This document shows, in pieces, positions 1 to 9,000 of a stretch of DNA of 40,778 bases. Numbering within the stretch: position 1 is the stretch's first letter; each line of letters begins with the position of its first letter. The translations under genes were made by a program, and so were the position numbers. Below the pieces are notes generated by a model. It saw only the letters and a list, made by a program, of their open reading frames with translations. It did no database searches and was not told the origin of the DNA. Source of the DNA: a virus (Duplodnaviria > Caudoviricetes); IMG/VR virus record IMGVR_UViG_3300020045_010158, positions 1-40,778 of that record, one strand, 5' to 3'.

Positions 1-37
1 GAAACTTGCCGGGCAGACGCTTGAGAATAAAGCAATC

Positions 38-571
38 TTGCGGGAGATTGTGAATGAAAAAGAAAACATCCAAGCGCTTGTGCGTAGGAATGAACAGATT
101 ATTGAGAATGTCAAGGCAGAGTATGAACGCTTGGCTGTTGAAAAGAATAAAGCACAGGCTTTGATTCAGGAAGCGGATATAAAAACGCGATCATTAAAAG
201 ATAAAGAGGATGAGATCAACATTAAGGCCGCGCAAGCCCTTGAGAGATTAAACGCGGCTGTTAAGGTTGAGGAGTTTAATAAACAGACTTTGTTTGATAT
301 CCAGAATGAGCGAAAAGCTTTATCAAAATCCGTTGAAGGATATGAGCATAAGATTGAAGAAACGCAAAAGATGATCCAGATTCAAGAGAAGTTAATTCGT
401 GAGGCTGATGCTAAGCTCAGGCAAATAAATTTAGAGACAGAGAAGAATGCCGCAGAGTTGACGGCACTAAAAGCTAAGGAAAAGCTTTTAAATGAGAAAG
501 AGCGCGCGTTAAATGAACGCGAGAAGAATGTAAAAATCTTAGAGAAGAAAATAACTGAAAAGGAGCAATAA
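38..571 (+). CDS. Coiled-coil hypothetical protein (probably 5'-truncated by the window edge)
   Basis: E/K/A/L-rich heptad-like sequence; the frame is open back to the window start. Confidence 0.7.
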   Translation: MREIVNEKENIQALVRRNEQIIENVKAEYERLAVEKNKAQALIQEADIKTRSLKDKEDEINIKAAQALERLNAAVKVEEFNKQTLFDIQNERKALSKSVEGYEHKIEETQKMIQIQEKLIREADAKLRQINLETEKNAAELTALKAKEKLLNEKERALNEREKNVKILEKKITEKEQ

Positions 572-572
572 A

Positions 573-1007
573 ATGGAAAAGATTTCTGTAAGTCGTTTGT
601 TAAAGTCTGATGGAACATATGCTGATATTGCTGTTAATGCCACAGCAAATGTCTGGACAGCGTCGCACAAGATTGCGTATGGAAGCTCGTTTGCTGTATC
701 CTTGCGCGCGAAGTCTTCTACCGGGACGCCGGACCTAGATATTTACCTAGAACAAACGCACCTTAATCCTAAAGATGACGCGGAAGGGAACTCCAATGCA
801 ACAGGTGAAGGCGTTATTGGCGATGTCTATAATGGTTGGGCAATTCCAGACGGAGTATCAAAGCTTGCTGACATCACAGACGAGAACTGGCATCATTTTG
901 TTGTGACGCCGCTCGCATTACCTTATATGAGATTATTGTTAGATGGGCAAGGAACTAGCCCTGCGGATACAACTGTCGAAATTCATATATCACAGCTTGA
1001 GGGATAA
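573..1007 (+). CDS. Hypothetical virion-associated beta-rich protein
   Basis: RBS AAGGAG upstream; TAATG coupling to the next gene; position in the structural block. Confidence 0.6.
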   Translation: MEKISVSRLLKSDGTYADIAVNATANVWTASHKIAYGSSFAVSLRAKSSTGTPDLDIYLEQTHLNPKDDAEGNSNATGEGVIGDVYNGWAIPDGVSKLADITDENWHHFVVTPLALPYMRLLLDGQGTSPADTTVEIHISQLEG

Positions 1008-3253
1008 TGAATTTTAGAAGAGTTTTAATCTTATTGTGTTTTGTTGTTGGCATTCCGTATTTCGTTTACGCAGACGGATACCAGCGCGGGAGCGGATTTA
1101 ATGAAGGGGATCTGGACATGCAGAAGTATTCTGTCCAATTCCACGAAGTTGACAACACGCCTTCTTGTCCGCCTTCAGATGAGATTAAAGTTTATGCAAA
1201 AGATAGCTCCGGAGATACAAAAGTTTATACGCTTGACAGCGCTTGCGCAGAGACAGAGCTTGGCGCTGGCTCATCCGCTATCAACTGGTCAGACCCATTA
1301 AACGCACCATATACCGGCTGGACAGACGACGGCACAGTAGTCAGGTTGACGACTTCGACGGATAATGTTGGCGTAGGCACAACTAACTCGTTAGCGAGAT
1401 TGCATGTCAAATCAGCCACAGCGTCAACTATTCCAGTTATTATTCAGACTTCAGATGATAGTGAGACGAATAACGCTTTCCAGCTTTACAGTTCCGCAGG
1501 TTCACCTTTAGCCGCTATCACTCCGTTAGGACGTTATTTAGCCTCTGGTTCAGCGACACGCCCAGCGTTCGCCTTCATCGGTTCAGGCAATACGACAACT
1601 GGGTATTATGGGGTTGGCTCTCCCATCTCTGATGTTAGGTTCACGATTGCGGGAACAGAGGTATTTCGCTTAACAGTAGGTTCATCCCCAGGTTTCCAGT
1701 TAGCCTCTGGTGGTGATGTTACTTGGTCATCTGGAGCCGTAGGTTCGTCGGGTGATACAGGATTAAGTCGTTTTAGCGCAGGATTGGTTCAGGTAACGAA
1801 CGGCAATATCGCTTCTCCGACAGCAGCAAACCTGACAGCGGCGAATGTAGGCATAGGCACAACTAATATGCAAGCTACGCTGACAGTTTTACAAACAGCG
1901 GCATCTGACGCTTTGAGGGTCAATGATGTGGCTGGTGATACAACGCCGTTTATTATTGACCAGAGTGGTAACGTCGGCATCGGCACATCTACTGTTACTT
2001 CGGGATTTAAACTTGACGTTGGTCCTTCTGGTAAAGGTCGTTTTCAGGGTGGAATTCGCATTCAATGTAATGGAGCGGCGTTTGGTAATGGTGGCAAACT
2101 TACATCAGATTCTAATGGCGACGTTTCTTGCGCCGCTGATACCGATACGACTGGCGGTTGGACCGATGCTGGGAGCGTTGTTCACACGACAACGAATAGC
2201 GACACAGTAGGGATTGGTGCTGGCTCGACTTCTCGTTTAGCAAAACTTCTTGTTGAAGACACTGATAATATCGTATTAACTAAAGTGGTCGGTGCTGAAA
2301 CAGCAAATGTAACCTGTAGCGACTACGGTGATGAAGGTAGTTGTGATGCTACTGTTGTCTGCACTTCTAACCTTTCTTCATGCGGTTCTCCTTCGCCATT
2401 CGACCAATCAACCTGCGAGGCACAAGGGAGCGGTTCAGAATGTGCGTGGAATGACGCTGGTGATTGCACGCTGTTTGTAACTCAAGAGGATTGCGAAGCC
2501 GAGGGACAGTGTACCACCAACACGCATGATTGCGGTTCATATGGCGATGAAGGTTCTTGCAATGGAGCTGCCAGTTGCAGTTGGCAGACTGACGGAGATT
2601 GTACCCCATTTGGTGAAGAAGATTGCAACGCTACTTCTGGATGCTCGCCGAATAATTACGACTGCTCACAACATAACGGCGACCAAGGGGCTTGCGAAGG
2701 AGCCAGTTGCACATGGGAAGACCCAAATTGCACAGGAGACTATTTTGTAGATTGCTCTGGTAACTACAATTACTGTGCTGGCGGTGTTGTATTCGATAAT
2801 TGCACAGGTTCGTATAATTCGTGCACTGGAGATTTCTTCAATTCATGTGATGGTGGAGTAATTGCTGACGTCAACCAAACAACCGAAATGAGCCGATGGA
2901 TAATCCCGACCACTCAAAGTTGTAGCGTCTATGACAACAACGGCGACAGTTGTGATGCAGAGGGTGACTGCACTTATGATACAGGTGGCACGAACTGTGC
3001 AGACTACGATAGCGACGAAAGCGGTTGTAACGCACAGGGAGCAGAGTGTTCTTGGAATGACCCAAACTGCTCTGACCTCGTAGGAACATGCTCTGGAACT
3101 ATCACCAATGACTATCCAATGTTCTATATCAAGGTAACAACAAACGGCGGTGTGATAGGCTTTAGAACAGCCGACAGCACTTGCTCGTATGCTTATTTAA
3201 ACAACTCAAACGCATGGGTAACAGGGAGCGAAACATGTCCTACAGAGCCTTAA
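1007..3253 (+). CDS. Secreted tail-fibre-like protein with NVGIGT repeats and a Cys-rich repeat C-terminal half
   Basis: Signal peptide MNFRRVLILLCFVVGIPYFVYA|D; repeats NVGVGTT, NVGIGTT, NVGIGTS, TVGIGA; dozens of Cys in repeated units after about 2310. Confidence 0.7.
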   Translation: MNFRRVLILLCFVVGIPYFVYADGYQRGSGFNEGDLDMQKYSVQFHEVDNTPSCPPSDEIKVYAKDSSGDTKVYTLDSACAETELGAGSSAINWSDPLNAPYTGWTDDGTVVRLTTSTDNVGVGTTNSLARLHVKSATASTIPVIIQTSDDSETNNAFQLYSSAGSPLAAITPLGRYLASGSATRPAFAFIGSGNTTTGYYGVGSPISDVRFTIAGTEVFRLTVGSSPGFQLASGGDVTWSSGAVGSSGDTGLSRFSAGLVQVTNGNIASPTAANLTAANVGIGTTNMQATLTVLQTAASDALRVNDVAGDTTPFIIDQSGNVGIGTSTVTSGFKLDVGPSGKGRFQGGIRIQCNGAAFGNGGKLTSDSNGDVSCAADTDTTGGWTDAGSVVHTTTNSDTVGIGAGSTSRLAKLLVEDTDNIVLTKVVGAETANVTCSDYGDEGSCDATVVCTSNLSSCGSPSPFDQSTCEAQGSGSECAWNDAGDCTLFVTQEDCEAEGQCTTNTHDCGSYGDEGSCNGAASCSWQTDGDCTPFGEEDCNATSGCSPNNYDCSQHNGDQGACEGASCTWEDPNCTGDYFVDCSGNYNYCAGGVVFDNCTGSYNSCTGDFFNSCDGGVIADVNQTTEMSRWIIPTTQSCSVYDNNGDSCDAEGDCTYDTGGTNCADYDSDESGCNAQGAECSWNDPNCSDLVGTCSGTITNDYPMFYIKVTTNGGVIGFRTADSTCSYAYLNNSNAWVTGSETCPTEP

Positions 3254-3507
3254 TTCTATTTTTATTCGTGTCCTTATTGGCGACACCAGTCATGGCAGAC
3301 ACGGTAACGAAACTCAACAGCACAACAGTTAAAATTGTTGAGCGTGAGGTTACTGTTCACAAGCTAACGCTAAAGCAAATCAGAGAAAAGTTAGCAGTAG
3401 TCAATGAGCAAATCACTCAAGCGACCGCTGAAGTGGACAGGCTAAAAGCTGAAAGGCAACAAATCAAACAATGGCTTGATGCGGCTATTGTCGAGGTGAA
3501 AAAATGA
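3235..3507 (+). CDS. Small secreted coiled-coil protein
   Basis: Start moved to ATG 3235: MSYRALILFLFVSLLATPVMA|DT signal peptide followed by a helical coiled coil. Confidence 0.65.
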   Translation: MSYRALILFLFVSLLATPVMADTVTKLNSTTVKIVEREVTVHKLTLKQIREKLAVVNEQITQATAEVDRLKAERQQIKQWLDAAIVEVKK

Positions 3508-3815
3508 GAACACTTTTAATCTTATTATCACTTATCACGCTAACTGTTTCGGCTCAAGCCGCTGACATCACCATCACTATCGCCGACAATAAAATTCAAT
3601 CAGTCAGGCAATCGCTCTGCGAGCATTACAACTATCAGTCAAAGATTCCTAACGAGGACGGCGATTGGGTTGATAACCCTGAAACCTGCGTTCAATACTC
3701 ACGGCGTATGCTTAAAGACTATGTGGTAGGAATCCATAAACAGGTTCAGGCAGAAAAAGCGTATCGTGCGGCAAGGGAAGCTAAAGAAGCAGAGATTAAT
3801 GCGGAGAGTTTTTAA
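3504..3815 (+). CDS. Small secreted protein with a Cys pair (possible fibre chaperone)
   Basis: ATGA overlap; signal peptide MRTLLILLSLITLTVSAQA|AD; the chaperone role is inferred from position only. Confidence 0.65.
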   Translation: MRTLLILLSLITLTVSAQAADITITIADNKIQSVRQSLCEHYNYQSKIPNEDGDWVDNPETCVQYSRRMLKDYVVGIHKQVQAEKAYRAAREAKEAEINAESF

Positions 3816-3836
3816 AAATTAACAGAGGGAATATAA

Positions 3837-5228
3837 ATGAAAAATATATTGTTAGCAATAATTATTATTACAAGCTTCGGGTTCTCTGGTGGGAACAGGG
3901 GATTCTTGACATCCACAATGCTTTTGCCCGGGTCCACGACATTGCCTTCATCCTGCGCGGACAAACAGATTCATGTTGACACAGATGCAACATCTGGACA
4001 AAGGCTATATCTTTGTGAGTCTGGGGTTTGGGTTGTTCAGGGAGCAGCTGGGGTTGATGGGATGTCGATCACAATCGATGGTGGCGCAGCTCCAACGGTT
4101 GACGCTTTTGGTGAGTTATCAGGTGATAATAACCTATGGGCTTCGGGTAGAGGCGCGCCATTATTTTACGATGGAACGGCGGCGGTGGCTCTCATTGGGG
4201 CGTTGGTAACAGATACACCTTCAAATGGTCAAGTGCCGAAGTGGAATACAGGCGGCACAATAACTTGGGAGACAGATAATGACAGCGCAGGGATTACGGC
4301 AGGTGATACCCAAGTTATTTACTCTGATGGTGCGAATAATCCTGTTGGCGATTCTGGTCTCACTTTCAATAAAACTACGAATGTCTTGACCGCAGATGGT
4401 GGGTTTGCAACATCGACTTCTGAAACTCCGTATATTCAGTTAGATGCGGCCGGAACAGATACCTCTTGGGCTGTTGGGGTTCTTGGTGATAGCGGCGAAG
4501 ATAATGATGATGCCTTTTTGATTGGTGTAGGCACAACGGCAGCAGCAGCAAGCTCGAAGATTTTAATTAAGCAAGATGGGAATGTCGGGATAGGGACGAC
4601 GAATCCGACGGCTTTATTGACTGTTGGTGCTGGTGCGCCGTTTACTGTTAGCTCAACTGGTGCCGTGACAGCTCTATCATTTACCGGCGGAGGTGCTGTT
4701 TCTTATTGGCAAGAAACTCTTTTGCCTAATGGGGCTGTTTTAGATGATGCCTCGCCACCTGCTTTAAGCATTGTTGAATCAACTGGCACAGGAACATCAA
4801 GGAGATATGTGGCAGACTTTGACCCAACGACAGATGAAATAGTTTATTGGTCATTCTCTGTCCCTTCTGATATGGCTGCTGGTGATTGGTTATTGGACAT
4901 CAGTTGGCTTACAAACGACACAGGTGCTAATGAGGACGCTATTTGGGCTGCACAGATTTCATGCACAACAGAAGGTGATGCTGATTCAATAGCCGAAGAT
5001 GCTGCTGGCACAGCTAACACCGCTGCCGAAAATTGTAATGCAACAGAAGCAAACAGGTTAATCCAAACAACATTGACTTTAAGCAATACGGATAGCGTTG
5101 CTGCTGGCGATTTCTGTACGCTAAGATTCTTCAGGGATGCCGATGATAGCGTCGGTGACGCAGATAATGACGGGCTAACATCTGATGCAAGGTTATTGAG
5201 TGTTAATCTTAGGATTCCGAGGACATAA
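3837..5228 (+). CDS. Secreted tail-fibre/virion accessory protein
   Basis: N-terminal MKNILLAIIIITSFGFSG hydrophobic leader; GNVGIGTTNP fibre repeat; G/T/D/S-rich. Confidence 0.65.
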   Translation: MKNILLAIIIITSFGFSGGNRGFLTSTMLLPGSTTLPSSCADKQIHVDTDATSGQRLYLCESGVWVVQGAAGVDGMSITIDGGAAPTVDAFGELSGDNNLWASGRGAPLFYDGTAAVALIGALVTDTPSNGQVPKWNTGGTITWETDNDSAGITAGDTQVIYSDGANNPVGDSGLTFNKTTNVLTADGGFATSTSETPYIQLDAAGTDTSWAVGVLGDSGEDNDDAFLIGVGTTAAAASSKILIKQDGNVGIGTTNPTALLTVGAGAPFTVSSTGAVTALSFTGGGAVSYWQETLLPNGAVLDDASPPALSIVESTGTGTSRRYVADFDPTTDEIVYWSFSVPSDMAAGDWLLDISWLTNDTGANEDAIWAAQISCTTEGDADSIAEDAAGTANTAAENCNATEANRLIQTTLTLSNTDSVAAGDFCTLRFFRDADDSVGDADNDGLTSDARLLSVNLRIPRT

Positions 5229-6025
5229 TGCTTAAATATCTTCTAATAATGTTATTTGTTTGCCAAACCGCATGGGCTGGGGTGGCTCTCGATAACACAG
5301 ACGATTATATTGATTCAAACTACAATCCAAATTACGGAGCATCTGACAGCTTTACAATTTGCTCGAGGGCTTCGCTTGATGATGCGGCAGCAGCCGAAGA
5401 ATATATTGTTGGCTCAATCCCTGGGGTAAATGTCGCAATTATTCAGCTCGGCTTTGCGAACTTCTGTGGGGCAGGGTTAAAGCCTGTTGTTTATATCCGG
5501 GATGATACGAATACGATAGACAATGTTTGTTCAGCTGGCGCAGATGTGACAGCCGGAACTCCATTTAGTCTTTGCCTAGTATATGACGACACAGCAGCAG
5601 ATGTCATTCTTTATCAAAATGGTTCTAATGTTGCGTCAGACACATCTTTCACAGCATTGGGGGCAAAGAATCTATCGGCTGGAGATTACTTTATTGGCGC
5701 AAGAAATAATGTTGGCGGCAGCACAATAGATTCATATTTTGATGGCGTAATTTATGAAGTTGCCTTTTGGAGAACAGCTCTAAACTCCACGCAGGTTGCT
5801 GAATATCATAATCAGAAAATTGTTGGAGCGCCTTGCAATATTGTGCCAGCAAGCCTTGAGAAGTATTTTAAGATGGATGATGGCGTTGCAGAAACATCAG
5901 CAGACACAGATGCGCTTGTTAATATTTGCGGTTCTGATACAGATTCAGGAAGCGGGAATGACGGATCTAATAACACTGGCTTAACTTGGAAAGCACAATC
6001 AATCTTGAATTATCCACAACTATGA
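5228..6025 (+). CDS. Secreted LamG/concanavalin A-like domain protein
   Basis: Signal peptide MLKYLLIMLFVCQTAWA|G; LamG C-terminal motif FIGAR...YFDGVIYEVAFWRTALNSTQVAEYH. Confidence 0.75.
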   Translation: MLKYLLIMLFVCQTAWAGVALDNTDDYIDSNYNPNYGASDSFTICSRASLDDAAAAEEYIVGSIPGVNVAIIQLGFANFCGAGLKPVVYIRDDTNTIDNVCSAGADVTAGTPFSLCLVYDDTAADVILYQNGSNVASDTSFTALGAKNLSAGDYFIGARNNVGGSTIDSYFDGVIYEVAFWRTALNSTQVAEYHNQKIVGAPCNIVPASLEKYFKMDDGVAETSADTDALVNICGSDTDSGSGNDGSNNTGLTWKAQSILNYPQL

Positions 6026-9000
6026 TAAATAAACTACTAACAACTACTATTTTCCTACTACTCCTCGTCGGAAACGCCGAAGCGACGACTTATTCATTTC
6101 TTATTCTTATGCCAATTTTCTTTGCATCGTATTTTATTACATACCCTACAGGTGTAGCTAAATCCAAATCTAAGATTTTCTACTTTATGAAAATTTTCCT
6201 CTGTGAGACTTTTTATTTCCTTGCAAACATTACACATTCTTTTCTTATCAGTATTATATGGCTTCTGTCTTGGATGCTGCAATCTCAAGTGTGTTGCTTG
6301 ATGTGGAAGAAGCTGCAAATTCTCAATTCTATTATCATCTTTAACCCCATTAATATGGTGCACAACTTCTTTCTTGGTGAGGTATCGACCGATAGACATT
6401 TCAACAATAAGACGATGTTCTTTTACCATATTATTTTTAGATTTAAACGGATGGCCTGGAGAATATACGAGGATATATCCATAGCTGTCCTTTCTTCTCC
6501 CTTTAAAATGCCAAGGCTTATTTCCTTTAATAAATTGACCTTTAGAATTTCTCATATTTATTCCTTTCTATTTTTATGTATTATAACATTTTATTCATCA
6601 ACCGTCAATGCTACTGTTTTCTATGTTAGGACTGACGGAAGCAACGCCACTAATTGTGACGGGGAAACTGACGCTGCATATGACGGGTCGGGAACAGGTG
6701 AAGCATGCGCTTTAAACTCTCCGCATTGGGTTTTTCCGTCAAGAGGAGAATCAACAGCTAAAGCGGCCGCCAACGGCGATACGGTTATTATTAAATCCGG
6801 CTCTTACCGAGTTGGTTGTCAAGATGCTACGGATTGCCGAGATTCAAATGTAAACCTTACTCAATCTGCGTATTGTCATCCGTCGTGGCCGTATGACTGT
6901 TATATGGGGGTTGTGCCTTCAAATGTGACGATTGTTGGTTGTTCGTTAGACGGCTGTGCTGACCCTTCGCAAAGACCGGAAATTTGGGGCGCAGGACAGA
7001 TTGGTTATATTTTCAATGTATCAAGCTCCACAGGCGTAACAATTAAAGATATTGAGATAACCGACCATGACGATTGCGGTTCTGGCCATCCGGCATATAG
7101 TTGCGGTGGTTCAGATTCATCTGAGCTTTCAGCTAATGACGGCATCTATACAGGCGGTAGTGTTGCGACTAGAGCGACTAATTTACTAATTGACGGCGTA
7201 AAGATTCACGGATTGCGTGTTCGTGGCATATTTGGCAACTACTCTGGATTAACTTTGCGAGATAGCGTTGTCAATTACAATGCGATTGCAGGTATGGATT
7301 CTGACAGTTGCTATGGTGCTGGAACATGCCCTAACGCCGGAACAAACACTTTTCAGCGTTCAGAAATAAAATTTAACGGTTGCGTTGAAGATAACCCTGG
7401 ATATGGAACTCCTAAAGCCAATGGTTGTTATACACAGGGGCAGGGTGGCGGTTATGGTGATGGCCTTGGAGCAGGGGCAACTGTTGGCACATGGATATTT
7501 GAGGATATGGATATAAGTCACAACACCTCAGATGGGCTTGACTTGCTTTACCACGACGGGAGCGCAAGCATTACAATCGAGCGTTCTAGGTTTGAAGGAA
7601 ACAATGGTCAGGCTGTAAAAGTGCCGCAGACGGTTTATATTGAGGATTCTCACATAATTGGTAATTGCGGATATTTTTATGGGCAATCCTTTACTTGCTC
7701 GTCGGCTGTTTGTGGTAATGCGTTTGATACTTGCCGAGCGTCAGGGAATACTTTGGCCATATCTTTTAAATCAGGAAACTCTACTAACCCAAGAATATAC
7801 TCGTCAACGCTACTATCAAACGGCGATGTTGGGATTGAAGCGTCTGGAACATGCACAACTGGAATAGACACGCTTGTTAAGAACAGCATTTTGTTAGGTG
7901 GCCGCCAATTTAGGGACGACACAGGTTTATTTGCTTCTGGCGGTAATGACACTTCTTCTATTTACTATGACGCTGGAACGGATGGAAACGGCGCAAATTG
8001 TAATTCTGATTTTGTCGAAGATTACAATATTTGTTATGGTTGGAAAGAAGGTTCTTCGTCATGTAATGGTACAAACTCAACTGATACCGTTGACCCTCTA
8101 TTCTCTGGAACGATTAAGCAAGGGCCGTATTCAAGCCCAGGGTATTATACGACAAGCGATTACATTGACCAGTTAACCTTACAAGCTGGCTCTACGGCAA
8201 GGGACAAGTCAGATGAAACTTTATCTGATGATGACGCTTTGGATTATAACTCTTATGACCGAGGTGCTGCGTGGGATGCCGGTGCTTTTGAATATGGCAC
8301 TGTGTCAGGAACGGCTGCGACTTGTGGAAACAATGTTAAAGAATCCGGCGAAGTTTGCGACGGAACAGACTTAAACAGCCAGACCTGCGTAACACAAGGC
8401 TTTACTTCAGGAACATTAACCTGCCACGCTAACTGTCTTTCATTCGTAACTTCGTCTTGCGTCACAACTTTATGCGGAAACAGCAACATTGACCCTAACG
8501 AAGATTGCGATACGGCAAACCTTAACAGCCAAACTTGCGTATCTCAAGGGTATGCTTCAGGCACGCTTGCCTGTTCAAGTTGTGCATTTGACTATACAGG
8601 TTGCGTTGCTTTGGCTTGTGGGAATGGAACGATTGATGCCGGAGAACAATGCGACGACAGCAACACAACTAATTCTGACGGCTGTTCAGCTATTTGCCAG
8701 ACTGAAGTATCAGGGCTTGAAAAACTCCTTTTATACACCGAAGGCGATAGTGGTTCGGTATTAACACCGACAACTCATAAAGTCACAGTCAATGGTTCAA
8801 CAATATCAACGAATGATTATCTTCGCTATGATTACGGCGCATCTTATTTTGGCGATTTCGTTCACCGATTTAAAACAACGATTGATGAATGTTTAGGTGG
8901 CGGTTCAGGGAATGGGTATACAGGTAGCGTTTGGGCTTTGACCGCTTCCGCGCGCACAGGTGTTGAAGGATTACAGTCAGGCAACGACGGAGTTTATTTA

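Noticed and set aside
5986-6021. Upstream start extensions in the ORF track (5986, also 3181, 10123, 10715, 10999, 11735, 14894, 27223, 29800, 32026)
   Set aside because: Downstream ATGs give stop/start coupling, an RBS or a proper N-terminal signal peptide
6094-6612. Group I intron or intein explanation for the HNH inserts (also 15763-16386)
   Set aside because: The inserts consist almost entirely of the antisense ORF plus about 60 bp of promoter and RBS, leaving no room for a ribozyme core. The host-frame translation has no intein C/S...HN motifs.
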